Of a DNA stretch of 64,000 nucleotides, positions 18,808-29,344 are shown piece by piece. The notes under the pieces were generated by a model that saw only the letters and a list, made by a program, of their open reading frames with translations, did not search any database and had not been told where the DNA came from. How positions within the stretch are numbered: the first letter of the stretch is position 1; every line of letters starts with the position of its first letter. Source of the stretch: an uncultured Thermoplasmata archaeon (GTDB taxonomy: Archaea > Thermoplasmatota > Thermoplasmata > Lutacidiplasmatales > UBA184); assembly GCA_963809035.1 (NCBI GenBank), contig CAWEHV010000002.1:1716701-1780700 (forward strand), written 5' to 3'. The translations under genes and the position numbers were made by a program.

Positions 18808-19869
18808 CTAGTGCCGCGTCCACCAGCGGAGTGCGGGGCGTGAATTCGTCACGCAGTGGATCCGATTGAGCCGTCGAATGGCGAGGCGGAGTGCTTCCTT
18901 CGCCTCGCCCCAGTCGGTGTAATTCGACCCGGTGAAGGACCATCGTCGTATCGTTCGGAAATGGGTCTCGATCGGGTTCAGGTGGCTGGCGTTGGTCGGT
19001 GTGGGTACGAAGGTGATCCTCAACCGTTGGGCCGCGGCCATCGCCGCCGGCGTGGTGTGCGTGGAGAGGTTGTCCTGGATCAGATAGATCCGTCCTCCGG
19101 AGGGATACTTCCCTCGGACCCAGTGGAGGAACCTCACGTACCCCGCGCCGTTCTTCGAGGGGGTGAGGTAGCCCCGGAACCGATGGTGGTAGTAGTCGTA
19201 GGCCCCCATCAGGTAGCGAACTCCACCGAGTCGTTGGTAGGTCGCTGGGACTCGGTCGGGGTGCCCCGACCGAGCCCACGTGTGGCCCCCGTAGGGTTGG
19301 AGAGAGATCGGCCCCATCTCGTCCACCGAGACCACGATCGGAGGGTTGTGCGGTCGGTTGGTGAGCTCGTTCAGTCGACGTAGCTTCTCGGCGAACTTGG
19401 GGTCCTTCGAACTCTTCCAGGTCTTCACCGACTGGAAGGTCACCGACTCTTCGAGGAGGATCTGCCGGAGTCGCTCCCGACTGATCGACTCCACCACCCC
19501 CTCGAAGACCAGGGTCTCCTGTAGGAGGTCGAGGGACCAGCTGGTAGGACCCTGCCACCCGTGGTCCTTCGGTCGGGAGAGGGCGAAGGTCACGATGGCC
19601 TTGCGGACCTCGGGGGTGAACTTGGGCTCGGGGCCCGGGCTCTTCTTGGGGGAGAGAGCGTCCCGACCGATCCGATTGTAGTCCTTGATCACCCGTCGGA
19701 CCCAGTCCTCGCTCCAGAGGACGAGGCTCGCGATCTTGGGCGGAGAGAAGCCTTGGAACGAGTGCAGCACGATCATCGCACGCTTGACCACGGTCGGGTC
19801 ATTCGATCGTTTCACGAGACGAGAGAGGGCCTGTCCCTCTTCGTCCGAAAGCTCGCGGACTCGCAGCAT
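18808..19869 (-). CDS. IS630-family DDE transposase
   Basis: 353 aa. N-terminal HTH ('KRAMIVLHSFQGFSPPKIA'). DDE region 'IQDNLSTHTT' ... 'NASHLNPIE', characteristic of IS630. Confidence 0.85.
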   Translation of the reverse strand: MLRVRELSDEEGQALSRLVKRSNDPTVVKRAMIVLHSFQGFSPPKIASLVLWSEDWVRRVIKDYNRIGRDALSPKKSPGPEPKFTPEVRKAIVTFALSRPKDHGWQGPTSWSLDLLQETLVFEGVVESISRERLRQILLEESVTFQSVKTWKSSKDPKFAEKLRRLNELTNRPHNPPIVVSVDEMGPISLQPYGGHTWARSGHPDRVPATYQRLGGVRYLMGAYDYYHHRFRGYLTPSKNGAGYVRFLHWVRGKYPSGGRIYLIQDNLSTHTTPAAMAAAQRLRITFVPTPTNASHLNPIETHFRTIRRWSFTGSNYTDWGEAKEALRLAIRRLNRIHCVTNSRPALRWWTRH

Positions 19870-19952
19870 GGGGAGGAGGCATCACCTCCCCCGGGAAAGT
19901 ACTTGCGCTAGAAGTCAGAAACCTCGAACTCCCCCACTAGACGCGGCACTAG
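18808..19952 (-). mobile_element. IS630/Tc1-mariner family insertion sequence (1145 bp) with 13-bp terminal inverted repeats CTAGTGCCGCGTC
   Basis: TIR at 18808-18820 and its inverse at 19937-19952. TA dinucleotides at both junctions. Single transposase ORF. Confidence 0.75.
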
Positions 19953-20088
19953 CTAAAGGTTCAACCCGATTCGTGACGACCGATTTGTCACTCGCGGAGA
20001 GCTTCCGTTGCCAATCGGCGCGTGGTTGTCCAGCAATATTTATCAGGGGGCATGCAATTGCCGGTTCGTTTGGGGACCCGGGGGTGCA

Positions 20089-21486
20089 ATGGCCGCTCTA
20101 CAATACAAAATTCTAATCGCGGCCGTCGTGGTTGGATTTATTCTTTCCGTCGCAGTTTGGGGGATCGTACGGGACAGGGGTTTCTCTCAGGAATCAATCA
20201 CCGGTTCCGATCACATCCTTAAGCGCCCCCCAAGCCTGCCAAATGTACCGTCTGGCAGTAACAATAGTTCGGGGAACGACGGGCCGTTGGCCCTGCCAAG
20301 TGTTACTAATGTCAGTGTGGGCCATGGTCCTGAGGGTGACGCTTACTCCAATGCCGTGGGTGAGGTTTTCGTCGCGAATTCTCTATCCGACACAGTCTCT
20401 GTGTTTGACACCTCAACCGAAGCAGTTGTCGCGACGATCTCCGTGGGCACCCAGCCCACCCAGGTCATTTTTGACCCTTCGAACGGGATGATTTACGTCC
20501 TCAACATTGGCTCAAACACCGTGTCTGTGATTCAGCCGTCCAGCAACAGCGTGATTGCAACCGCCACGCTTCCTTCTCAGATCTATTGGGGCATTTACAA
20601 TCCGGTGAACGGTGGCATTTACGTACTTTGCCTGAAGAGCTCTGGAAGCGATGAAATTGCCAAGATCGCTCCCACGACCTATGCGGTGACGACCTTGAGC
20701 CTGGGAGGGTTTGGATCGTATATACTGGCATATGACCCGGCCACATTGGACCTCGTTGTCTCCGACTTTTTGTCCAACTCAGTGTCAATAGTAAACAGCA
20801 CCACAAACGGTGTCAGCACGATCAACCTTCCCCTCGGCACCGGCCCAGGCTTTCTCGTTTACAATTCGGTAAACAAGGACATGTACATCATGGATTCATG
20901 TCCTCTTGCTGGAGGCGGAACGACAGCAACCGGGGAGGTCTCGGTATTGGGTGTTTCTAACTCCATCATCAAGACAATTGCTGTTGGCCAAACCCCGATT
21001 ACGGCTACTGTGGACCCTCTGACCCATGAAGTCTACGTCGTGAACTACGGTAACAATGCTAGTCCGATGGGCCAGAGTACAGTCTCCGTAATCAGCCCGG
21101 CTAACAAGGTTATCACTCAGGTCGCAGTCGGGGACGGAGCCGTTTATGCAACATATGATTCTGCCGATGGCGACTTCTTCGTTCCCAACGAGGAATCGGC
21201 CAGCGTTTCGGTACTCAACGCTTCAACCCACACTGTAATCTCGACCATTGCCGTGGTGGGGGGACTCCCGATACTGGGGTTGCAGGATTCAGGGTCGAGC
21301 GATATGTTGGTAATCAGTTGTCCTCACTCTCAGCCCTGTGCATTAGTTGTCATCAGTTCGTCCATCGTGGTTGAGGGCACTCTGACGATTGGGTACGGGC
21401 CAACAGGCGGTGGAATTACTGCCACGTCGGCTGGAGACCGTTATTTTACAAATCCGGTTTCTGGAACGGTGTCGATCGTCTCGTAG
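20089..21486 (+). CDS. YVTN-family beta-propeller repeat surface protein (N-terminal TM anchor)
   Basis: Start at ATG 20089 ('MAALQYKILIAAVVVGFIL'). Repeated 'VFVANSLSDTVSVFD', 'IYVLNIGSNTVSVIQ', 'VYVVNYGNNA' blades. Paralogous to 4304-5506. Confidence 0.7.
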   Translation: MAALQYKILIAAVVVGFILSVAVWGIVRDRGFSQESITGSDHILKRPPSLPNVPSGSNNSSGNDGPLALPSVTNVSVGHGPEGDAYSNAVGEVFVANSLSDTVSVFDTSTEAVVATISVGTQPTQVIFDPSNGMIYVLNIGSNTVSVIQPSSNSVIATATLPSQIYWGIYNPVNGGIYVLCLKSSGSDEIAKIAPTTYAVTTLSLGGFGSYILAYDPATLDLVVSDFLSNSVSIVNSTTNGVSTINLPLGTGPGFLVYNSVNKDMYIMDSCPLAGGGTTATGEVSVLGVSNSIIKTIAVGQTPITATVDPLTHEVYVVNYGNNASPMGQSTVSVISPANKVITQVAVGDGAVYATYDSADGDFFVPNEESASVSVLNASTHTVISTIAVVGGLPILGLQDSGSSDMLVISCPHSQPCALVVISSSIVVEGTLTIGYGPTGGGITATSAGDRYFTNPVSGTVSIVS

Positions 21487-21992
21487 TCCGCGAGCACTGA
21501 GTCGGTTTGGTACTGGTGCTACAGCCTTGCATTCTCTCGCCCACCTTGGGGAATTAGCGGTCGGAAGTTGGTTGGTATCCCAAGAACCGTAGAGGGAGCG
21601 ATACACCAATCTTACTTGCCTTGTCGGTGAAGAAGCCCGCCTGAGTCGTGGAGTTCGCGCTGGCGGTCCGTTCGATGCCCGATTGAGTCAAATGGAAGTC
21701 CGAGCACTAAAGTCGGACGAAAGATGGCTTCGATATCTAGGAGCCTTGCGCGGGAAGCCTAATCGCGGTGCGAGAAACCTCACTTGTCTCCCGACCGTGC
21801 GATCAGAGTTATTGTCTGCAACGTAGAAGCTCCGTCTGAAAGACGGACGAACCTGTTCGCACGCGTCGCGCCGCACAGGGCCGGGTCGATCGGAACCGCC
21901 GATGGTCTATAGTACCAGAAAGGATTCCTACTCCAGGAAAGTCTCAGGAATCGTCCGTTCGAGGGGCCACGAGGAGTGCAAATCGTGACCAT

Positions 21993-23470
21993 TCAGCTTT
22001 CTGGAGTACTTGAGGGAGCGCCGAAGGCCGGGTAGCCCACCCCGTGGAGCGCGTCGCTCGCCACGCGGAGGAATTCGAGCCCGCGCTTCCGACACGTTCG
22101 ATAAACCGACAGCAATTGCTCCAACACCCAGGCGCCCATCCACGAGCGACGGCCTCCCCTGGTTTTCCGGAACAACACTCCCTGTCGGACCTGGCTCTCC
22201 GCCTCGTTGTTGTGCCACGGCACCCGAGGCCCGAGGACGAAGGTGAACAGCATCGACTGACGATGCCTCAGCCCTTTCGCGATCCGAGCGGCCTCGGAGT
22301 CCTTCCACGGTTCGTTGAGGAGGCGAGTGAGCGCTCTTCTCGCCGAACGCTCCACCCGACGACGGAGGCGAAGTAAGGCTTCGGGATGTCCCGTGGACCA
22401 GAGGATGGCTCCTCCCAGGACCTTCCGCACCCCGTCGGCGAATTTCAGGGACTTCTCGGGCGGGCGACCCGCACTCCTGAACTTCGGTTCGACCGCCCGG
22501 ATTAGCGGCCTGGGCTCCATTAGATGGGGCCACTCTGCCCGCTCCAGCCACCGATTCGCGTGCAGCAGGTCGAGCCGGTGTTTCGCTCTCGTTAGACAGT
22601 CGTAGGGGTCCCTCGCGTCACGGACGAGGGTTCTCTGGAGCCCCTCTCCCGCATCTCGCGAACCACCTCCTGAGCCCGACTCGGTGCGATTCGATAGACG
22701 ACGGCTTGGAGGTGAGAGAACACCAATATCCGTCCGTTCTGTCCTCCGACCCGAAACGAGGTTTCGTCTCCGTGGACCTCAGGGACGGTCCGGACCTGTT
22801 CCTTCAGTCCCTCATAGTGCGGCCCCAAAGCCTCCGCGGCCCACCGCTCTATCTTCAGGACCGCCGCCGGGCTCAGCTCAACCCGGTGGCCCTCTCTCCG
22901 ACAGTCTATGATCTTCAGGATACTGAGCCCGAGCATCCGAAGGTGGACGACCCGACCCATCGGTACGAAGTCGAAGGGCCAGTTCAGGGCGTAAGGCGAG
23001 GGGGGCTCGACTCGCGGGTGACATCCCGGACAGGTGTAGCGAGGGATCTCCACCTCAAGGGTGAGGGGTTGGGGCGGAGGGAGGTCGGTGATCGTCCTCC
23101 GACGGATTTCGAACGGTTCCGTCAGCTTCGTGCCACACTCTCCACACTTTTTGAGATAGAGTCGGAGCGGAGGGGAGTTCGGGACTGGGCGCTCGCGCGA
23201 CCGTCCCTCATGACCCACTTGGCCGCCGGTCGGACGAGGCTCTAGGGGTCGAGTGGTGCGACGGTAGAACACACGGCTCGTGGGCAGTCCTCCGGCTTCG
23301 GCGGTGAGGTCGCTCGGGGCGAGGAGGGGGACGGAGTCATTTATCCGACGGATCTCCTCCTAGGCCCTGCGGAGCGTCTCCCGAACCTCTCGGTTCTCCT
23401 TCTCTAGCCCGTTGGAGCGCTCCAGGCGCTCGCGGATCGCCCGATTCTCTTCGTGGTCGAGCGTGAGGGG
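21993..23470 (-). pseudogene. IS66-family transposase (TnpC) remnant, interrupted by frameshifts
   Basis: N-terminal coiled coil 'ENRAIRERLERSNGLEKENREVRETLRRA' (23340-23460). Zinc finger 'CGECGTKL...CPGCH' and 'HGDETSFRVGG...ILVFSHLQAVVY' (22592-23272). C-terminus 'PWHNNEAESQVRQGVLFRKTRGG...WVLEQLLSVYRTCRKRGLEFL' (21993-22520). Three frames are needed to read it. Confidence 0.7.
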
Positions 23471-23862
23471 CTCGCCCTCCTCGGCGAGCGCGAATACCTC
23501 CACCGCGTCCCGAGAATACACGTCCCCCCCGCGCCGGGGATAGAAAGTTCACCGGAAAGTACAATCGTTCATACGGCCAGGGGCTCTCAGGCGGTCCGGA
23601 AAGGTGAGTGGTTACGGCAAATCTGGGTCGGCAAGTGAGTGGTTCTGTCAATGCTAGGCCTAGTCAGACACTACTTGGAACCCGCTCCACGGTTGGACCT
23701 CCATGGGTAGATTGTGCAGGGTCGAACAAGGCGAAGCCATAATGGTAGAGAGGACCAAGATTTGTCCTCTCCCTCTGCGATCTTCCCACCTGCCCTCGGA
23801 AGGCGAATACTCATCTCCCCGACCGCGGTCTAGGTTGAGGCTTCGGAGACGTCAAGTCAGTA

Positions 23863-25335
23863 ATGCTCGCGCGAACATCCAAAGGTCCGACAAGGACGAA
23901 TAGCCGGAGTGTTAAGGAACTTTTCGACCTAACTCTTGCTAGGTCAATAATCGGGGGCGCTCCGGGTTTTCTACTTGGCGGATCAAAGTCAGGCGTTCGC
24001 ATCAGGCAGGGTTGGGGTATCCGTTCGGTAGATACTCTTGAACCGGCGACTCGACACACAATTTTCGGGTTCGGATCCGTCACCAAGATTTACACCGCGG
24101 TTGCTATTGTCCGGTTGCAAGACCAGGGAAGGTTGTCAATCAACCAAAGCGTTGAATCTTTGATACCTGAGCTCGCGGGATGGTTACCTTCGGGACGGCG
24201 GACGATCACGATTGGCCATTTGCTTAGTCATACCTCCGGAATTCCCCCGCTCGACTGTGTGCCTCAATGGGCTCCTGCTAAACATCCTTCAACAAGACGT
24301 CAGAATGCCGGCATATCTGACCTTAGATCGCGGTATCAACAGATCATAAGTCGGATTATTCTTGGTATGAAAACTTCGAGAATTTCTCCGCCGGGACGAC
24401 AATTCAGTTATTCGAACGAAGGCTATGCCCTACTAGGACTTATTGTTGAACGGGCAAGTGGCCAGTCGTTTAGAGACTACTGTGGCCATGAACTGTTTCG
24501 AACAGCAGGTCTGACACACACTACCTTTCAGCCCACTAAACTAAGGAACAGCGCGACACCGTACGCTTATCGAGTCAGAGGCGAAGTAGCTGAATTGGTT
24601 GCCATCCCGCAGGGTGGATCGCCCGATCCGATCGACTCCGCTGGAGGGTTATGGGGTTGCATAGACGATCTGTTGAACTTCCTGGAGATTCTCGATACCA
24701 AGGGAAGAGTCGGTGGTGTCCGGATAATCTCTCCCTCGGGATGGAAATCTCTTACGAAATCAATCGCCCTCGTGGAGCCTGGAATTGGTTACTCGTATGG
24801 GCTTAACATTCAGGATAACATGCACGGGGTTCGGCTGCTGTGGCACTCAGGGGACGCTTGGGGGTGCTCTGCCTCTTTTGGATGGGTGCCGAAGCTAAAA
24901 TTGACCTGCGCGGTACTCGCAAATCTCGCGGGAGCTCGGACGGAACAAGTTGTTCTGAGCGCCATAAACCGTGCTCTTGGCCTCGATCCGCTTACACCCC
25001 GAGTGACCTACCCACACCAGAAACTGAGCAAGTCACGGTTAGAGGCCTTCTTCGGAGATTATGCTTCGATGAATGGAATGTTCCTACAGATTAGGCCGGA
25101 GTACAACAAGGTCACGATCAGAGTGTCGGGATTCAGCTTCGAAGGGGTGACCGTTTCACCCTCGAGCATGGCGATCTATTCTCCGCATGGACCCCAACTT
25201 ATTCAGTTTCTATCCTGGGCTGGCTCCCGTCCAACAGCAGTACGATTCGGGGGCCGGGTCCTTCGCCGCATCGTCTCCCGGGAGGTGGCCCTGACGGGCC
25301 TCCCTCCTTCGCTATCGCCAGAAGTTATGACGTAA
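23863..25335 (+). CDS. Beta-lactamase/transpeptidase-fold serine hydrolase (class C beta-lactamase / PBP4-like family)
   Basis: Active-site 'GSVTK' (S-x-x-K), 'YSN' (Y-x-N) and 'HSGDAWG' (K/H-S/T-G). Begins a lower-GC block. Confidence 0.7.
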   Translation: MLARTSKGPTRTNSRSVKELFDLTLARSIIGGAPGFLLGGSKSGVRIRQGWGIRSVDTLEPATRHTIFGFGSVTKIYTAVAIVRLQDQGRLSINQSVESLIPELAGWLPSGRRTITIGHLLSHTSGIPPLDCVPQWAPAKHPSTRRQNAGISDLRSRYQQIISRIILGMKTSRISPPGRQFSYSNEGYALLGLIVERASGQSFRDYCGHELFRTAGLTHTTFQPTKLRNSATPYAYRVRGEVAELVAIPQGGSPDPIDSAGGLWGCIDDLLNFLEILDTKGRVGGVRIISPSGWKSLTKSIALVEPGIGYSYGLNIQDNMHGVRLLWHSGDAWGCSASFGWVPKLKLTCAVLANLAGARTEQVVLSAINRALGLDPLTPRVTYPHQKLSKSRLEAFFGDYASMNGMFLQIRPEYNKVTIRVSGFSFEGVTVSPSSMAIYSPHGPQLIQFLSWAGSRPTAVRFGGRVLRRIVSREVALTGLPPSLSPEVMT

Positions 25336-25347
25336 GAGGCTTGCGAT

Positions 25348-27057
25348 ATGTCAGGTCAATTGGGGACAGAGCGCACACAGAATCCTACAAGTTTGAACGG
25401 GTGGCGAGTTGGCCTAAGGGCCGTTTCAGAACTTTCTGACCTCTCGAGAGAGTTTCGCGGTCTCCAGGGCACCTTTCTCGGACTGACGGTAGTTCAACTG
25501 TTATTGAGCGCTGCTGTGCCTCTGCTCATTGGGGCGATTATCGACGACATTTCCGTCCATGATTTCGACGTATCCGCCGATGTGGTTACGATTTTCATCA
25601 TCCTTGTAATCTATCGATTGGTTGGATTGGCAACCCAATATGTCCTGGCTCTAACTCAGATACGCTTAGGAATCTCGACACAAACAGGCATGGTTTCCTC
25701 GGTCAATTACACGTCGATCGGGGCACTCTCCCAATTCACTAAAGGCGACCTTCTATCTCGGATAATGTCCGATGCCCTCACAGTCGCCTCAAGTGCTGTT
25801 ACCTTTACACTATCCCTCTATGGACTTATTGCCTCGACGGCAATCAGCCTCGTAGTTCTTCTTTATCTCTCTCCCCCAATGACCGCCATCGCTGTCCTCT
25901 CTCTCCCTGTCTTCTATCTAGTCGTTCTCGCGACCGGGAATAAGATCACGCGGGAAACGTTACAGGAGCGAAGAATCTACTCAGCGTCAACTGAAGAATT
26001 GAGAGTAATCCTCGATAGTCAATTGACACTTCGCGCGCTCTCAAGTCAGGATTACTCAGTAAAGAGGTTCCAGGGTGCAATGGCCTCGTGGTCGACAAGG
26101 GCACGTCGGCTAGCCTGGCTTGGGTCCATTACCGGAAATTCTAGCGGGTTCCTGTTAGGGGTAGTGCCCTTGGGCATCTTCGTTCTTGGTCTCTACCTTG
26201 TTAGCCGAGGCGAAACTAGCCTGGGTTCGTCAATCGCATTCTTCGTTTATGTTCCGACGTTATTCGCATCAGTAATGGGCATAACTGCTCTCTACACATC
26301 TATCGCTTCAGTAACGCCCCGACTTGAACGGGTGCGGGAGGTGTCAGCACTCCGGACCGAGCATTCGAGGGGTATGAGTCCTAACAAACTAGTGCCTGTG
26401 GAAGTGCGGAATCTGACCGTCACGGCCCCCGGGGTTGTCATTCTCAGTGGTGTCACGCTGACGATTAATCCGGGCGTAACGGTAGTCTCGGGACCAAACG
26501 GCTCAGGAAAATCCACACTTCTCAAGGTGATCGCCGGCATTGAACACGTGTACCAAGGAAGTGTTCGCCTCGGCGGATACGATCTTAGACAAATCTCATT
26601 GGACACGGTGAGAAAGTCAATCGTGCTCGTTGGTGATCACGATGCCTATTTTGCGGGCACTCTTCGAGATTGCATAAGTCTTGGAACGACCGTACCTGAC
26701 GTCCAAATCGAGGAGGCCCTACGAGTCGTCGGCTTGAACCATCTCTCGACGCAAATCGGTGAGGCAGTCCATCCCCTCATCGACAGATTGTCAACAGGAG
26801 AACGTCAACGCTTTGCGGTAGCAAGGGCGATACTCAAGCAACCTGAACTAATTATTCTTGACGAATCGCTGTCAGCAGTCGACGGGACTCAGGAGGCGAT
26901 TATTATCCAATCGATAATTGACTTCGGAATACCTGGAATCGTAGTCGTAAGTCATAGGGAACCGGTCCTCAGAGCAGCTAGTGCCCGATTTCGTCTACTC
27001 AGAGGCTGCCTGGTCGACCCTCCACATGCAGAACCAAGCGATTTAGATGGCCAATAG
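25348..27057 (+). CDS. ABC exporter, fused transmembrane domain plus ATPase
   Basis: Six-TM N-terminal half. Walker A 'GPNGSGKST', signature 'LSTGERQR', Walker B 'IILDESLSAVD'. No C39 peptidase domain seen. Confidence 0.8.
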   Translation: MSGQLGTERTQNPTSLNGWRVGLRAVSELSDLSREFRGLQGTFLGLTVVQLLLSAAVPLLIGAIIDDISVHDFDVSADVVTIFIILVIYRLVGLATQYVLALTQIRLGISTQTGMVSSVNYTSIGALSQFTKGDLLSRIMSDALTVASSAVTFTLSLYGLIASTAISLVVLLYLSPPMTAIAVLSLPVFYLVVLATGNKITRETLQERRIYSASTEELRVILDSQLTLRALSSQDYSVKRFQGAMASWSTRARRLAWLGSITGNSSGFLLGVVPLGIFVLGLYLVSRGETSLGSSIAFFVYVPTLFASVMGITALYTSIASVTPRLERVREVSALRTEHSRGMSPNKLVPVEVRNLTVTAPGVVILSGVTLTINPGVTVVSGPNGSGKSTLLKVIAGIEHVYQGSVRLGGYDLRQISLDTVRKSIVLVGDHDAYFAGTLRDCISLGTTVPDVQIEEALRVVGLNHLSTQIGEAVHPLIDRLSTGERQRFAVARAILKQPELIILDESLSAVDGTQEAIIIQSIIDFGIPGIVVVSHREPVLRAASARFRLLRGCLVDPPHAEPSDLDGQ

Positions 27058-27394
27058 TGGGATGCCCCTTAATCCTGGCCCGGGCCCACCTTTTACCTGG
27101 TAGGAAAGTCCGCCCTCAACCGGCTCCTTTTGCCACGCCATTGCGACCTAGTATCCTTAAGACGAGTCGATGGCCGGCCCTCTTTTCATGTGAAATCAGA
27201 CAAGGTTTCCAGAGGCCAGGACGGGACGCATCGCCACTGAAATGCGCACTGAGATCGAGCGGGAGGAAGTACTCATGAGATTGCATCGAGTCTAGTCTCT
27301 CTCCTCTGCACATGATTGTGCGTAGAGTAGATTGCCCAAAATATGGGGTGTAAACGTGGCGCCCTCGACCCGTCAAGAATCATTCTCGAGCAGG

Positions 27395-28438
27395 CTAGGA
27401 GGGTAGGCTGGCCGGGGGAGGAAGTAGTTCATTTAGCACTATTATCGGATCCTGGCTTAGGAGAACGTCATTGAGTAGAATTTGCGACTTGTTGGCGGCG
27501 ATGAAATTCAGTACCTCCTTCTTCTTGTCGCTAAAGATGTGGAGACACGCCTCGCACATTGACGAATAGTGCCGCGTGTCTCCGACGGCTGATAGAATGC
27601 CCCTGGTCCCTCGCATATGTATCCACCAGAAAAGGAGGTTCGCCCGCGCAGCCTGGACCATACTGGCAAAGCTAGTATTCATGACATTTCCGACGGAAAG
27701 GCCATCGGTATCGAACGCCGCGTGACCGCAGCAAAGGTGGACACTCCCCTCCGGGTGGACCGCGAGAGTCTTTCCAATCTGTTTGCAGCCGATCTTGTCG
27801 TTCGCCCTCTCGGAGGCAGGCAGTCGTCCCGGTTGGTCTGTAAAGAGGCGGCCACGCCCCGTCGCGCTCGGTTTATCTTCTAGAAAAATCACCCGCTGGG
27901 CTAGTTCCTCACTTGACAACCCCAGGTACTCAGCAGTACCGGCAATGACCGATTTCGAACTATGCTTGCTCCAATTATCGACTATCGTCGCCACCGCAAC
28001 ACGCAAGTTCTGAGCCAAACTCGCTTCGACAAAACGATAAACATTCTCTACGGGCATGAATTCAGCATGGTAGTCGTCGTAGCTCGTATTTATCTCGTCC
28101 AGTCCCGCCTCCTTAAGTCGGGAGACCATACTTGATGCGGAATCCTTGCTTCTGGCCCAATAGGCATTTGTAACAACTCGGGTAAGAAGGCCCATTTCGT
28201 GTGATTTCCGGATGCCATACTCCAAGTCCGCCATGTGAAGTGTTGGCTCACCCCCGGTAAAGACGACCACACCGATAGTTCCGAGTTCTTTGGCACTGTC
28301 CAGCGAGCGGTCAAGGACAACCCGCGGCATTCGAAGGGATACTTCGGGCGCACTGCTCACGCTACAATGTGCGCACCGGAAGTTACATTTCAAATCAAGG
28401 AATATTGACAATATCGTAGGGATCATACTCCGGTCCAA
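27395..28438 (-). CDS. Radical SAM enzyme with C-terminal SPASM/twitch-type auxiliary-cluster domain (peptide- or cofactor-modifying maturase family)
   Basis: 'CNFRCAHC' (CxxxCxxC) near the N-terminus, 'GGEPTL' SAM motif, C-terminal Cys cluster 'CKQIGKTLAVHPEGSVHLCCGH...CEAC'. Confidence 0.75.
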   Translation of the reverse strand: MDRSMIPTILSIFLDLKCNFRCAHCSVSSAPEVSLRMPRVVLDRSLDSAKELGTIGVVVFTGGEPTLHMADLEYGIRKSHEMGLLTRVVTNAYWARSKDSASSMVSRLKEAGLDEINTSYDDYHAEFMPVENVYRFVEASLAQNLRVAVATIVDNWSKHSSKSVIAGTAEYLGLSSEELAQRVIFLEDKPSATGRGRLFTDQPGRLPASERANDKIGCKQIGKTLAVHPEGSVHLCCGHAAFDTDGLSVGNVMNTSFASMVQAARANLLFWWIHMRGTRGILSAVGDTRHYSSMCEACLHIFSDKKKEVLNFIAANKSQILLNDVLLSQDPIIVLNELLPPPASLPS

Positions 28439-28443
28439 CTAGG

Positions 28444-28908
28444 CTATTCGCGCGAAGGGCCGTCAATAATCACAATCGCAATCAGTACGATGATAACAAC
28501 CGAAACCGTACTGACAGCCGCACTTGTCGCTGTAAAATAGCTCAGATTGACAAAAAGACCAGTGTTGGAGTAAACATACACGCTACTGGGAGGAGGCCAG
28601 GGACGGTCAACGATTATGACGGATAAGGCCGGTCGCTCAAGATTGCCCTTGGCGAGATCAACTGGGACACCTCTTTGGACTTGACCAGCCAGGTTTGCCA
28701 GATACTGGCGGTGGTACGTTGAAACAGGCTCGATCTCCTTTAGCGAGACGTTGGCACCGAGGTCGATACCGAAGGTAGATTTCACCACTCCTCGGGCATC
28801 TGCGCTGACTGCTTCCCTGAATTCCTTCTCAAATCGCGCACGCCCAACAAATCGATAAACTTCCTGGGGGTTAAGGCTAGGAATTTCCAATATTGACTCG
28901 GAATCCAT
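28444..28908 (-). CDS. 154-aa Cys-free protein with C-terminal hydrophobic segment, encoded immediately upstream of the radical SAM gene; candidate substrate/partner
   Basis: 5-nt spacing to the rSAM gene, same strand. C-terminal region 'SVYVYSNTGLFVNLSYF' is rich in aromatic-x-Asn triplets, followed by a TM helix. Confidence 0.35.
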   Translation of the reverse strand: MDSESILEIPSLNPQEVYRFVGRARFEKEFREAVSADARGVVKSTFGIDLGANVSLKEIEPVSTYHRQYLANLAGQVQRGVPVDLAKGNLERPALSVIIVDRPWPPPSSVYVYSNTGLFVNLSYFTATSAAVSTVSVVIIVLIAIVIIDGPSRE

Positions 28909-29344
28909 AGCCGAGGCGGATACCGCGGTCAGCTACTTATTCCTTTGCAAGAGCGTGGGAAGAATCTTCAAAATGAACGGTAGGGCGTGAAGGTCATTGA
29001 ATGAAGGACAAGGCTTCCATAGACCGCTCGTGAAGTCTAGGATAACGGCCCGAATTCGACGGACCCATCCGCGGATTTCAGAATGAAGATATGCCCCACT
29101 GAGACTTGATTCGATTCTGTGAATCCACATGGAGGGCCCTCCGCCCCGGACACGCGCAGACAAGGTAATGGAAGACTTGACCGTCGAGTGAGGGGGCAAG
29201 ACTATCCAAGGAGAATTCAGCGGAGCTAGTCCATTCCATTATCCAATTCCACCCATGAGAAAAGAAGGCCCTCTGCTCCGGTAATGAGGGAAGATGACCG
29301 GCCCAACTTCGACACAATGAAGGCTTCAAGTACCTTTCACTACT

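Noticed and set aside
17885-19558. 557-aa minus-strand ORF spanning the membrane-protein gene and running antisense through the IS630 transposase
   Set aside because: Only the last 272 codons (from the ATG at 18701-18703) look like a real hydrophobic membrane protein. The upstream 285 codons are low-complexity Pro/Arg/Gly-rich translation of the transposase's opposite strand, as is typical of spurious ORFs in GC-rich DNA.
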